Source of the DNA: an archaeon CG10_big_fil_rev_8_21_14_0_10_43_11
GTDB taxonomy: Archaea; Nanobdellota; Nanobdellia; PEZQ01
Assembly (NCBI GenBank): GCA_002763265.1
Contig: PEZQ01000006.1
Coordinates: forward strand, 94,141 to 158,140
Length of the DNA stretch: 64,000 nt
Reading direction: 5' to 3'
A program made the position numbers and the translations under genes. This document shows positions 1 through 9,974 of this stretch, piece after piece; position 1 is the first letter of the stretch; each line of letters begins with the position of its first letter. A model generated the notes under the pieces. That model ran no database searches, had not been told where the DNA came from, and saw nothing but the letters and a program-made list of their open reading frames with translations.

Positions 1-53
1 AGACTTCAACGCACCCCCTTGTTTCCTGTGGAATATGTTAGGGCTAGTGCTAG

Positions 54-1565
54 CTATTCAAATTCAATAGTTCCGGGAGGTTTATCAGTCAGGTCATATA
101 ATACGCGGTTTACTCCTGAGACTTCATTTGCAATGCGTGCGCCAATCTGTTTTAGTAACGTAAGGGAAAGGCACGCGGCTTCTGCAGTCATAGCATCAAC
201 GCTGCGCACGCACCGAATAACAACCGGGTATTCATAGGAGCGTTCGTCTCCTTTCACGCCAACAGTCTTGACAGGAAGAAGCGCAGTAAATGCTTGCCAC
301 AAATCAGGTACGCCTTGTGTTATAAGTTCTGCGCGTAGTATAGCATCAGATTCGCGAACAATGCGCAGTCGGTCTTTTGTTATGCTGCCAACAATTCTAA
401 CTGCAAGTCCCGGACCCGGAAAAGGCTGGCGGTCAATGAGCTGGTTTGGGATGCCAAGCAATCTACCTATTGCTCTGACTTCATCCTTGTACAAGTCTGC
501 TAATGGTTCAAGAACAGAAAGTCGCATGTTTTTTGGCAGTCCACCCACGTTGTGGTGCGTTTTTATTTTTGACGCGTTTTTTGACGTTTGCGCGCTCTCA
601 ACACGGTCAGGATAAATCGTGCCTTGACCAAGATACGTGAAGTCACCGAGTTCTTGCGCTTTTTTGTCAAACACGTCAATGAACGTGTTGCCAATGATTT
701 TTCGCTTTTCTTCAGGGTCTGTTACGTTTTTGAGCTGCGAAAGGAAACGGTCGCTTGCATCAATTGCATGAAAGTTTTTGAAATTGTTAAAATAGGTTAT
801 CACTTCTTCAAATTCGCCTTCGCGCAGTAAACCATTATTTATGAACACGCAGTGCAAATTGTTTGGAATTACCTTGTTGAGCAGGGTTGCCGCAACCGTT
901 GAATCAACGCCTCCGCTCACACCCATAAGCACATTCTTAGTTCCCACGCGCGATTTGATGCTCTGCATGCTCTGTTCAATAAAGTCCTGCAAGCTCCAGT
1001 CTCGTTTTGCATTAATACTGCTAAGAAACGCGTCAAACACGTCACGACCATTTTTCGTGTGCGTGACTTCAGGATGGAATTGAACAGAGTAGAATTGCTT
1101 TTTTTGGTGTGCCATGCTCGAAATGTAGCCATTTCTTGAGAGTGAGGTAACAAGAAATCCTTTAGGCGGCGTTTGAACATAATCAGAGTGGCTCATCCAC
1201 ACTTCGTGTTCGTGAGAGAATGTTTTGAGAAGGTTTGATGAGTCGCGCACGTTGATGATTGTGCTACCGTATTCGCCTTTTCCTTTTTGTACGCTTCCGC
1301 CAAGGCTTTGTGCCATGAGCTGGTGGCCATAGCAAATGCCAAGAATTGGCAAGCCTAGAGCAAAGATGTTTTGGTCAATAGTTGGAGCGTCTTTTTCATA
1401 CACGCTTTTTGGTCCGCCTGAAAGAATGAGCGCTTGTGGTTCTAGGTCTTTTATTTTTTGTGCGGGCGTATCTGGTGCGATGAGTTCTGCGTATACGCCA
1501 AGCTCTCTGATTCTTCGCGTAATAAGATGCGCGACTTGACTTCCAAAATCAAAGACGAGTATCAT
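54..1565 (-). CDS. guaA: GMP synthase (glutamine-hydrolysing), single-chain GATase + ATP-pyrophosphatase
   Basis: N-terminal class-I glutamine amidotransferase segment (GICYGHQ-type Cys-His region), PP-loop SGGVDSTV, C-terminal GMP synthase dimerisation region; 503 aa. Confidence 0.9.
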   Translation of the reverse strand: MILVFDFGSQVAHLITRRIRELGVYAELIAPDTPAQKIKDLEPQALILSGGPKSVYEKDAPTIDQNIFALGLPILGICYGHQLMAQSLGGSVQKGKGEYGSTIINVRDSSNLLKTFSHEHEVWMSHSDYVQTPPKGFLVTSLSRNGYISSMAHQKKQFYSVQFHPEVTHTKNGRDVFDAFLSSINAKRDWSLQDFIEQSMQSIKSRVGTKNVLMGVSGGVDSTVAATLLNKVIPNNLHCVFINNGLLREGEFEEVITYFNNFKNFHAIDASDRFLSQLKNVTDPEEKRKIIGNTFIDVFDKKAQELGDFTYLGQGTIYPDRVESAQTSKNASKIKTHHNVGGLPKNMRLSVLEPLADLYKDEVRAIGRLLGIPNQLIDRQPFPGPGLAVRIVGSITKDRLRIVRESDAILRAELITQGVPDLWQAFTALLPVKTVGVKGDERSYEYPVVIRCVRSVDAMTAEAACLSLTLLKQIGARIANEVSGVNRVLYDLTDKPPGTIEFE

Positions 1566-1887
1566 AGGGTAAGTTCCTCATGTGTTCCGTGTTTTAGTTT
1601 GTATGCAATTTTCAAAGCAGTAAAGTTCGAGTTCTGGGATGAGAATAGTCTCAACACAAAGTGGCCCGATAATACTGCCAAACAGTTCACGTGATGAATC
1701 AACCACGCCATTTCCCATTTTAAAGACTTTTGGAAGTAGAAAATCTCATAACACAACAGGTGCATTGCCCGCCACCACATTAGCTACCCACGTTCTAGTG
1801 TTCACAGTAAGGGTCTTACTCTTGCGCGCAGCATTCTTGGTGACACACATCCAGACATAACCCTGTCAAATTCTAAAAAAAAAGGAT

Positions 1888-2418
1888 TTAGTGTTGGTAG
1901 TGGTCCAAGAGGTCTTGGCGCGACCAAGGTTTTGCGTGCTTCATAGAAAAGCCGAGTTTTTTCACGTAGTCTTTAAGTGTTTGAAGATTAGGCGCTTCAA
2001 TTTCAAGAAAGGAGGGAATCCCCGGTATGGTGTCAATGTCAACGTGGACTGTGTCAAGTTCGTAGGAGGTGCGTGTTTTTTTATCAGCATCCCACACGCT
2101 CAGCCCCAAGTCTGAAAGAATGCTCATGAGAATGTCCCGGTCTGACACGCGTATTTCATGTTCATGCATGATTTTTGCTTTTTTCTTGCTGACCCTTTTT
2201 TTGAGCGTGAGCAGTGCAGTTTGACCAAGCATTCTAATGCGCAGTATCTTATCTTCGTGCCCTAATCGTTTATCATCAAAATCGTAAAAATAGGAGTGGA
2301 CGGTTCCTTCAAACGTTTTTTTCGCGCCAAGCGCGTGAAGCGTGCGCACTACGTCTGCTTTGTTTATGTTGAGAATTTTAACTTCGATTTCCATTGTGTG
2401 AGTCACCCATGCATACAA
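1888..2418 (-). CDS. CYTH-domain protein (CyaB-like triphosphate tunnel enzyme)
   Basis: MEIEVKILNI... EIEVK-type N-terminus and alternating charged beta-strand pattern typical of the CYTH fold; true start may be the internal Met (MEIEVK). Confidence 0.55.
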   Translation of the reverse strand: MYAWVTHTMEIEVKILNINKADVVRTLHALGAKKTFEGTVHSYFYDFDDKRLGHEDKILRIRMLGQTALLTLKKRVSKKKAKIMHEHEIRVSDRDILMSILSDLGLSVWDADKKTRTSYELDTVHVDIDTIPGIPSFLEIEAPNLQTLKDYVKKLGFSMKHAKPWSRQDLLDHYQH

Positions 2419-2615
2419 CGTGCAGAGGCGTTGTTATTCCGTGAATCTGAAAGCAAATAGTTGGAGCGGAATCTCTTCTAAGTCGTTGTGCGTGAATTTA
2501 ATTTTCTTGGGGTTTGCATCGCGTTTGAGGTAGAGAAGTTCTTGAAGTTTTTTGCTTGGAAACAGGTGTTAATACTGCGCAACCAATCTTTTTTAGTGTA
2601 TCTGGCATGCACGCA

Positions 2616-3842
2616 TTATTGCCGGTAGAGTTGGTAGAGCTTTTTTATCACATCATAACCCTGAATGAGACCAAGAGAACCGCGCTCGCAATATTTTTCT
2701 GCAAAATTGCTCATCGTATCGGGTTTGATTTTTCCGCATATAAGAAGGGGTATTGGCTCTGCTGCATGGCGCATGAGTTTTGTTGGCGTTGCATGGTCTG
2801 AAGTAACGCAGAGCACATCGCTTTGCGCGCTAAGTTGGGTTTTGAGAAAAGCAAAAAGGGTTTTGTCAAGGTATTCGATGCAGTTTTTCTTTTTCATTGA
2901 GTTTCCTTCATGCCCATACGTGTCAGGTCCTTTGATAAAAATCACAAATTTTTCGTGCGCTCCCCACTGGTCTTTAAGGAGGGCAACGGTTTTTTCAATG
3001 TCTTTTTCATATTCTTCAGTTACGTTTTCAATGCCAAGAATGGTCATGCCCGCAGCTTTTGCAAGACCAAACTCAACAGGCGAGGTGCAGATTGCTGCAA
3101 CATTATCATATACCGGAAGCTCAGGCAGTTTGGTGCCTGCACCGCGTGTGATAAGGTGCGTGACAGGGTATCCTGCTTTGCTTCGCCGGTCATTGTTGGA
3201 TTTGCTTTGGCGCAGGACTTCGTGCGCGCGCTCTTCAAATGAGCGAAGCATATTTGCTGAACGCACATTCTCTTCAGCCCTATTAGTGGGAAGCACATGT
3301 CTCATATGCTCGCCCTCTTCAATGGGGTCTGAACCGCGAATTTCTTCACCAAGGGGTTGAGAGCTTTTGAGAATGAGCACTGCGCGGTGTCTGAGCGTGT
3401 GTTTGAGCTCAAAGTCGCCGCTGTATTTGATTTTTTCTTTGATTTCTTCAATAATAGTGTGTCCGTCTTCGTTTGAGATGCGTCCTGCCCGGCGGTTTTC
3501 AACCTCTCCTTTAAGATTAACAAACGCGAGGTTGCAGCGAATAGCAAGGTCTTTTCCTTCCCTAAAATTCACGCCAGCGCCAAGTGATTCAAGAGGTCCG
3601 CGTTTCCAATTTGTGTCGCGTGGGTTTTGGCCAAGCAAGCTGATGCCGCCAAAGTTTGAGCCATTTTCTGCAATGAATTCTTTATGGTCTATGCGAAAGT
3701 TTTGCACGAGCCCAAGGGCTCCTTTTTGCGCAAAATAGTCAAGGTTTGGGGTTTCTGCTGCTTCAAGGGGGGTCTTGTCTTTGAGCAAGCTCACTGGCTC
3801 ATCACCAAGTCCATCAATGATAACATACACAAGTTTACCCAT
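2616..3842 (-). CDS. apgM: 2,3-bisphosphoglycerate-independent phosphoglycerate mutase, archaeal type
   Basis: VIIDGLGDEP N-terminal motif, ~410 aa length, and ATPTK / metal-binding His-rich C-terminal half characteristic of archaeal ApgM; start set at MGKLVYV. Confidence 0.8.
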   Translation of the reverse strand: MGKLVYVIIDGLGDEPVSLLKDKTPLEAAETPNLDYFAQKGALGLVQNFRIDHKEFIAENGSNFGGISLLGQNPRDTNWKRGPLESLGAGVNFREGKDLAIRCNLAFVNLKGEVENRRAGRISNEDGHTIIEEIKEKIKYSGDFELKHTLRHRAVLILKSSQPLGEEIRGSDPIEEGEHMRHVLPTNRAEENVRSANMLRSFEERAHEVLRQSKSNNDRRSKAGYPVTHLITRGAGTKLPELPVYDNVAAICTSPVEFGLAKAAGMTILGIENVTEEYEKDIEKTVALLKDQWGAHEKFVIFIKGPDTYGHEGNSMKKKNCIEYLDKTLFAFLKTQLSAQSDVLCVTSDHATPTKLMRHAAEPIPLLICGKIKPDTMSNFAEKYCERGSLGLIQGYDVIKKLYQLYRQ

Positions 3843-4310
3843 GTGCAATATACAGGAATGCTGCAAATAAATAATTGATGCTTAAAACGTACTAAAAGCA
3901 TAGGTAATGGCAATAATTATTAAGAATGCACACATTAAGACTAAGCATAGCTGGTAACCCGTATGCAAGTGCTGAATACGGCAAAAACACTTGATGAAAT
4001 CATATTTCCTCTCGACGCAGTGTACGCAAAGAAAAATGTATTTAACGCGCTCAAACTAAGTGGGAATTCAAAAGACCATCACGAGAATGAAGAGCAGTGG
4101 AAACACCTATTTTTTTCCTGGATTACGAGGGTGCAAAAGCGTATCCAAACAAAGAACAGTCAAAAAGGAATTTTGTTGCATACTAGAAAAACAAAAAAGT
4201 TGCCACATACAAAGGCGGGAGCGGAAAACCAGTTATGATACGCTGTGTGCAAACAATAATCGGCATCTTGCGATAAACACTTATAAGGTCATCAATGTTT
4301 TTCCCAGCCT

Positions 4311-4907
4311 ATGAGTTCAACAACAGTGATTGGAATAAGCATTCTGCTAGGCGCGCTTTTCATAACCTTGAGCATCATGTCATATGTCTCACGGGAAGAA
4401 AGCAATTTTCTTAGCTATCATAACCTTCTTGACCGATTGCGTTTTGAAGAATATACGATTCAACGAAGCATTGTTACTAATGATACAAATCACTCGTTTG
4501 AAATTATTCGTGCAAGCCAATACACAAACAGTTCAGATGAAATTCCAGGCTTTCTTGAATGGAACGACACCAGTATCACGACTCAATACACTTTTTTCTC
4601 TGCTGGAAATGAATCAAAACTCGCGTTTGAGCACGCAGAGAATAGAACGGTTATCACAAATTACCCTGCAAAAAAATATATTGAAACAACAAAAGGGCTT
4701 AGCCCCGAATCAATTGCCCAATGCGTCTGTCCTTCAATTGACCAGGACAAATGTAATGCGCTCAACCAAACAAATTATACCTGGGGTGTTGACGTGTGTG
4801 CGGGTCTTCCTGCCCCTCTGCGCGTGTTTGTATATGAAGACACACAGACATCCCGCGCATTTCCGTATTATGTATTTGGCAGAGACTGTGCGGTTATCTG
4901 TTCTTAG
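4311..4907 (+). CDS. hypothetical N-terminally anchored extracellular protein, rich in N-x-S/T sequons
   Basis: N-terminal hydrophobic helix followed by a Cys-containing domain with at least 8 N-glycosylation sequons; no recognisable family. Confidence 0.4.
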   Translation: MSSTTVIGISILLGALFITLSIMSYVSREESNFLSYHNLLDRLRFEEYTIQRSIVTNDTNHSFEIIRASQYTNSSDEIPGFLEWNDTSITTQYTFFSAGNESKLAFEHAENRTVITNYPAKKYIETTKGLSPESIAQCVCPSIDQDKCNALNQTNYTWGVDVCAGLPAPLRVFVYEDTQTSRAFPYYVFGRDCAVICS

Positions 4908-5311
4908 AAATATTTTAGATACTCTTCTATTGTAATACCTGCACGTTTGAATGCGCGCTCAAGTTTTAGTTTTGAAACACCTTCACTTTGAAAACTTCTG
5001 ATAAGCTGTATGAGCATTGATTTTTCACTAAGGCGTTTTTGTGGTTGCACCCGGCGGACATACAAGCTCACCGCTGCTTTAACTGTAAGAGCAGGGAAAA
5101 AACCGCTGATAAAACCAACAATGATAATAATAAAAAGGGAGGGCTGTATTTGAAGCGTGTTTGAAATCAGGTTAACAAAAACAATAATGCCCACGAGTTC
5201 AAGAACAGTTGCAACTTTGTTTTGGTACGAGCCAAAAGAAGCAGTTGCAAGAAATTCAGCGCAAACAATACCAGAAATGATGGCAAGTGTGGTGAACAAG
5301 GATTCAATCAT
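4904..5311 (-). CDS. small membrane protein, unknown function
   Basis: three predicted TM helices then a charged C-terminal tail; 4-nt overlap with the preceding ORF. Confidence 0.3.
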   Translation of the reverse strand: MIESLFTTLAIISGIVCAEFLATASFGSYQNKVATVLELVGIIVFVNLISNTLQIQPSLFIIIIVGFISGFFPALTVKAAVSLYVRRVQPQKRLSEKSMLIQLIRSFQSEGVSKLKLERAFKRAGITIEEYLKYF

Positions 5312-5439
5312 AATTGACGTGTGAAATTGTCAAAGCGCTTAAAAGGATTCTGGTAAACCAAAACGTGCCTTACAAAGGCAGAAAAACCATGCCTGGAGGT
5401 GTGATATTACCGCAAGAATAATAAAGTAACTGCTGATTT

Positions 5440-7191
5440 TTGAAAACAACCAACATGAACAGTAACTACTCAATAGTGAACAAATCGGGGCTGCGGGTGT
5501 TGGAAGTAGATTGTTCTTCTAAAAGTATTGTTGCGCTTGACAAAGAATGTGAAAAAAAGGAGTTTAAAGATGCGCTTTTGAAACACGAGCCGGATATGAT
5601 TGCATTTATGGGGGTGCGTTTTAGCAGGGTGTACACGCGAGATGAGATTTCAGCGCCAAAAAATGCAAAAGGCCGTTTGATTCCGCGTTTTGTCTCCTAT
5701 GTGTTTGGTAATGCGCATGGCAGCGTGCTTGAAGAGTATCCTATTCCAGGAGCAACAGTTCGCATTATAAAAACACACGAGCTTGCGCCAACATACGTTA
5801 TTGAACCGGTAGAATGCACGCTCAGCATGAAGGATATTGAATCAGCACATACTGCATTTGATTCGCGTGTTGAAGAAGAGTTTGGAAGAGGGAAAAAACA
5901 AGTGCGTCTTGATAGCGCGCCCTTGCAAGATGTAGTTTCGCGGTATTCAGATGGGTTTGGGGTGTTGGAACTTTTCTTTCGTGATGAAAAACTACAGGAT
6001 GTGTTTGTTGACTCTCCAGCACAAAGCCCGATTCATGTATTACACGAACAGTATGGTGAGTGCAACACAAATGTGTATGTGGGTGATGAAGAGCTCGAAA
6101 AGATTGCAAGCAAGCTAAGAATTATGAGCGGGAGACCATTTGATGCAGCACATCCTGTGTTTAATGCTAGTCTTGATGAGTATGGAGTGCGCGTGTCAGG
6201 TATTTGTGAGCCGCTTACCTTTAGTGGAATTGCATTTGCCTTTCGAAAACGCACAACAAAACCATTCACGCTTGCAGGTCTTGTGCAAAATAAGACGCTA
6301 AGCGCACGCACAGCAGCGCTACTCTCCCTTCTTGTTGAAGGAGAAAGTGCAATTCTCATAACCGGAGCTCGCGGAGCGGGAAAGACATCGCTTCTTAATG
6401 CATTGCTCTTGGAAGTGCCAAAGCACTATCGCGCAATTGTGATTGAAGATACTGCAGAACTTCCTGTTTCTCAGTTGCGGGCACTGGGCTTTAAAATTCA
6501 GCACGTGCGCACAAAAGCAACAACAAAAGAGAATAATTATGAGTTAAGTGCACAAGATGCCGTCCATTCCGCCTTGCGTCTTGGTGAGAGCGCTCTTGTA
6601 GTAGGCGAAGTCAGGGGTGGCGAAGCACGAGCCCTTTTTGAAGCTATGCGTATAGGCGCAGCAGGTCGCGTAGTTCTTGGCACTATTCACGGTTCAGGCG
6701 CGCGAGACACGTTTGAGCGTGTTGTGCATGATCTTGGCGTTCCGCAAAGCAGCTTTAAGGCAACAGATGTTGTTGTCTCACTTGCAAGTCTGCAAAAGAC
6801 AGGAAGCTTAGAAAAAACGCGCAAAGTAGTGGGAATCACCGAAGTCGGAAAAGATTGGACACAAACTCCCATGGAAGAGTCGGGTTTCATCACACTTGGT
6901 GTGTATGCAGGGGAGGTGTTTTCTGTCAGGAATTTAACAAATTCAAGCATTCTAAAACGAATTGCATTTTCAAAACAAACAAATGTTAGCGAATTGCTCC
7001 GCCATATCACATGCGGTGCGGTGTTCTATGAAATGCTTGCTCAGAAAAATATCATAGACATGGTGCGTTTTTTAGAACTTAAAACACGGTTCAACCCAAT
7101 AAAACAAGAAATAGCACGTTCTAACACGAAAAATTATGCAAAACTCGCAAAAAATGAATTATCAAAAATATTGAAACAGTATGAGACATAA
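5440..7191 (+). CDS. type IV filament assembly ATPase (FlaI/ArlI/TadA/VirB11 family), locus 1
   Basis: Walker A GARGAGKTS, Walker B / Asp-box (AIVIEDTAEL), His-box GTIHG; N-terminal domain extension; 11-nt overlap with the downstream platform gene. Confidence 0.8.
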   Translation: MKTTNMNSNYSIVNKSGLRVLEVDCSSKSIVALDKECEKKEFKDALLKHEPDMIAFMGVRFSRVYTRDEISAPKNAKGRLIPRFVSYVFGNAHGSVLEEYPIPGATVRIIKTHELAPTYVIEPVECTLSMKDIESAHTAFDSRVEEEFGRGKKQVRLDSAPLQDVVSRYSDGFGVLELFFRDEKLQDVFVDSPAQSPIHVLHEQYGECNTNVYVGDEELEKIASKLRIMSGRPFDAAHPVFNASLDEYGVRVSGICEPLTFSGIAFAFRKRTTKPFTLAGLVQNKTLSARTAALLSLLVEGESAILITGARGAGKTSLLNALLLEVPKHYRAIVIEDTAELPVSQLRALGFKIQHVRTKATTKENNYELSAQDAVHSALRLGESALVVGEVRGGEARALFEAMRIGAAGRVVLGTIHGSGARDTFERVVHDLGVPQSSFKATDVVVSLASLQKTGSLEKTRKVVGITEVGKDWTQTPMEESGFITLGVYAGEVFSVRNLTNSSILKRIAFSKQTNVSELLRHITCGAVFYEMLAQKNIIDMVRFLELKTRFNPIKQEIARSNTKNYAKLAKNELSKILKQYET

Positions 7192-9010
7192 GATAAATTA
7201 CGAAACTATTTGCAGGACATTTAGACTCAATCTTATTGCAAACATTCCAGAGAATAATTTAGAGAATTATCTTTCAATAGTATCTTATACTCTTAGTCCA
7301 CATGATGTATTTTATGCAGCACAGGGTATTTTTCTTTTTTTGTTTCTTATATTCTCAGTGTTAGGTATTATCATGTCTTTTTTTGGCGTAAGCCCGCTTA
7401 TTTTTGCTGGGCTGGGGGTGTTGTTTGGCGCAATCGGCGCAGGGATTATATGGATATACCCTCAATTTCGTGCGCGTGTTCGTGTTGTTGACTCACTCTC
7501 ATCATCTCCATTAATTCTTGCTCAGCTAGTTTCGTATCTTAAACTCTCACCAAATGTGGAATGGGCAATCACGCATGCAACAGAATTTGAAGAGGGATTT
7601 CTTAGAAAAGTGTTGCGAAACATCGTGCAAGAGAGCGTGCGAAAAGGAAGAATAACTGACGCACTTACAAAAACAGGGCTTATGCTCAGCGCGTATTCAC
7701 GCGGATTTAAGCGCTGCTTATTTTTAGTGCGAGCAAGCCTCAGTGAATCGAATGAACAGAAACGCCAGACAATTCTTGACAAGAGCCTGTCCTCTTTTTT
7801 GGATGAAGTGCGAAGAGACCTTACTGAATTTTCTCAGCGATTAGTAACGCCTTCGCTTGTTGTATTTAGTGTGGGCACCATTGTTCCTCTTGCGCTTGTG
7901 TCGATTCTTCCAATCCTTAATGTGTTTGAATCGTCAAACATGCTGAGTCTTATTATTGGTATTTTAGGAGTGCTTGCAATTGGCATATTTGCATACACAA
8001 CTATAATACTCATGGAAAAACCGGTTGTGGTGAGTAAAACGCACAGCATTGAAGGTGGTTTTTCTTTTCGCGCACTTGCCATTGCCGTGTTTGCTGGCGC
8101 GGTTATTGCATTTCCAGGAGTCCTCTCCTTGCTTCAGTCTCAGGGTTTGCTTGTTGTCTCAGGCACGCTTGGAAACGTTGTAAGTTTTCTTGACACAATG
8201 CCGCTTATTCTTGCACTTGGTGTTAGCACAAGCGTGTACTGCTTTGTTACGAGCAGAAGAGGTTTTTTGCAGTGGAAAAAAGAATCGCAGCTTGATGATG
8301 AACTCGCAGATGTATCATACGCAATTGCAAGTGAGCTTGATAATGGTTTACCATTTGAGCGAGCGATTAAAAATGCAAGTAGCGGCGCAGGCGGTTTTGA
8401 GGAAATTCTTGTTGGTGCATGGAAACTAGTTAAAAACCATCACAAAAGCATTGAAGATGCATTTTTTGACAAGAATGTTGGCGTGCTCAGAACGGTTCAT
8501 TCAAAACGTGTTAATGCATTATTCCGATTTTTGAGTGTTGCACACATGAAAGGAAGTGGTATTGTTTCTAAGACCCTCTTTGCGTTTCATGAACACTTGA
8601 TGAGCTTAAAGAGTGTTGAGTATGATATGCAGAACAAACTGAGCCAAAGCATGGGTATGATCCAAAGTACTGCTATCTTTTTTGCGCCAGCAATCGGCGG
8701 GTTAATTGTTGTCTTAAATCAACTGATTGAGGGTGCACTCACAAAAACGCGGCTTGAATTGGATGCGAGCGGTCTTGGTGTTTCATTCTTTTCATTTTTT
8801 GGAAGCACCGGCATCAGTTCAAGTATATTGCACCTTATTGTTGGCGCTTACATGCTCATTTTTGCAGTTATTATGCTTCGTTTTTCCGTGTTTATTATGT
8901 ATGGGAAGGACAACAATCTTTTAAAACACAAATTAGCCCGCATGTTGCCAATAACCGTATTAATCTACGCATTAACGGTTGTAATTGCCAAATTATCATT
9001 TGGCGTGTGA
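7181..9010 (+). CDS. FlaJ/TadC-like polytopic membrane platform protein (T2SS-F domain pair), locus 1
   Basis: 609 aa; two cytoplasmic helical domains each followed by TM helix clusters; immediately downstream of the secretion ATPase. Confidence 0.7.
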   Translation: MRHKINYETICRTFRLNLIANIPENNLENYLSIVSYTLSPHDVFYAAQGIFLFLFLIFSVLGIIMSFFGVSPLIFAGLGVLFGAIGAGIIWIYPQFRARVRVVDSLSSSPLILAQLVSYLKLSPNVEWAITHATEFEEGFLRKVLRNIVQESVRKGRITDALTKTGLMLSAYSRGFKRCLFLVRASLSESNEQKRQTILDKSLSSFLDEVRRDLTEFSQRLVTPSLVVFSVGTIVPLALVSILPILNVFESSNMLSLIIGILGVLAIGIFAYTTIILMEKPVVVSKTHSIEGGFSFRALAIAVFAGAVIAFPGVLSLLQSQGLLVVSGTLGNVVSFLDTMPLILALGVSTSVYCFVTSRRGFLQWKKESQLDDELADVSYAIASELDNGLPFERAIKNASSGAGGFEEILVGAWKLVKNHHKSIEDAFFDKNVGVLRTVHSKRVNALFRFLSVAHMKGSGIVSKTLFAFHEHLMSLKSVEYDMQNKLSQSMGMIQSTAIFFAPAIGGLIVVLNQLIEGALTKTRLELDASGLGVSFFSFFGSTGISSSILHLIVGAYMLIFAVIMLRFSVFIMYGKDNNLLKHKLARMLPITVLIYALTVVIAKLSFGV

Positions 9011-9017
9011 TAATACA

Positions 9018-9512
9018 ATGATGAACAAAAAAGGTATTGAAGGTCTTCCCCTCAAATATGTCGTGGTCGCGCTTGTTGGCGCACTGGTGATTGGTATTGC
9101 CGTGCAAATGACAAATACTATCCAAACAAGTGTTGAAGATTCAACAAGTGTAATCAGCGAACAAACAACCGGCCTTGTTATTGATGCTGCGCGTGGCAAC
9201 ACGTATGTGACTGGTTTTGAAAATGTGGGCGTTCTCTCATGGAGCTTTAACGCAACCACGGGCGATTTGAAAGTGGCACTGGTAAACACCGGCGTAACTG
9301 CGCTTGACATTGATTACATTAATGCAAGCTTTAACGGCATAACAGACACCTCAAATACTGACCGAACACTGCAGCCCGGCGAGAGCACTAGACAGCTTAC
9401 ATTTGGGCTTAGTTCTCTTGCAAGCAACGGCGACCAAATTTCAGTTAGTCTTGTTGTTGTTAAAACTGATGCGAGTGTTGAGCGTGGAATACTAGTTGGC
9501 GTCGCGCAATGA
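9018..9512 (+). CDS. pilin-like protein with class III (prepilin-type) signal peptide
   Basis: MMNKKG|IEGLPLKYVVVALVGALVIGIAV: basic residues, Gly, then one long hydrophobic helix; Thr/Ser/Val-rich beta-rich body; starts 8 nt after the platform gene. Confidence 0.55.
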   Translation: MMNKKGIEGLPLKYVVVALVGALVIGIAVQMTNTIQTSVEDSTSVISEQTTGLVIDAARGNTYVTGFENVGVLSWSFNATTGDLKVALVNTGVTALDIDYINASFNGITDTSNTDRTLQPGESTRQLTFGLSSLASNGDQISVSLVVVKTDASVERGILVGVAQ

Positions 9513-9910
9513 ATCGCAAAGGCGTTGAAGGACTTGGATTTAGTTTTCTTATTTTCTTATTTCTTGGAGCAATTGGCGCAAGCCTGAGTTTTTACGCGTA
9601 CAACGCATACCAACAGGTTGACGGCGTGCGCGAATTTTATCAGAGTATACATGACCTTCGCGAAGAAATCCAATGGCTCAAATACAATAATGACAAAGGA
9701 GCGTTTACCAGTAGTACCATACAAGTGCCCGCAGACTATGCTGTTTCTTTTGCGTATTCTGCTATCACTATCAAAAACAGCACTGACTCGCTTTCAATCC
9801 CGATAGAAGTAAATTTTACGACACCACATTATTTAACGCAGGGCATGTATACGTTGCGTTTGTGTTATGGAGATTGTGATAAGAGAAATTATCTCATTGA
9901 ATTTGAGTAA
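9509..9910 (+). CDS. pilin-like protein with class III signal peptide
   Basis: MNRKG|VEGLGFSFLIFLFLGAIGA, same KG-x-EGL motif as the preceding gene; ATGA overlap with it. Confidence 0.55.
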   Translation: MNRKGVEGLGFSFLIFLFLGAIGASLSFYAYNAYQQVDGVREFYQSIHDLREEIQWLKYNNDKGAFTSSTIQVPADYAVSFAYSAITIKNSTDSLSIPIEVNFTTPHYLTQGMYTLRLCYGDCDKRNYLIEFE

Positions 9911-9974
9911 CTATGAAATCCCTTCTTGATACACAGGGCGTGTATACTCATTTGGAAACAATTGAAGAATTTCT

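Noticed and set aside
19-1539. Small + strand ORFs overlapping guaA (19-237, 268-615, 588-830, 841-1083, 1336-1539)
   Set aside because: They lie fully inside the well-supported guaA reading frame on the other strand and have no motifs.
1562-1860. 72-73 aa ORFs between guaA and the CYTH gene
   Set aside because: They overlap each other on opposite strands and have no motif. The region is more likely the guaA 5' UTR/promoter. It is left as unannotated intergenic.
5440-9910. Calling locus 1 an archaellum (fla/arl) operon
   Set aside because: Only the ATPase, the platform protein and two pilin-like genes are present. There is no FlaH (KaiC-like), FlaF/G or FlaCDE in the vicinity. The evidence fits a pilus or an unspecified type IV filament better.
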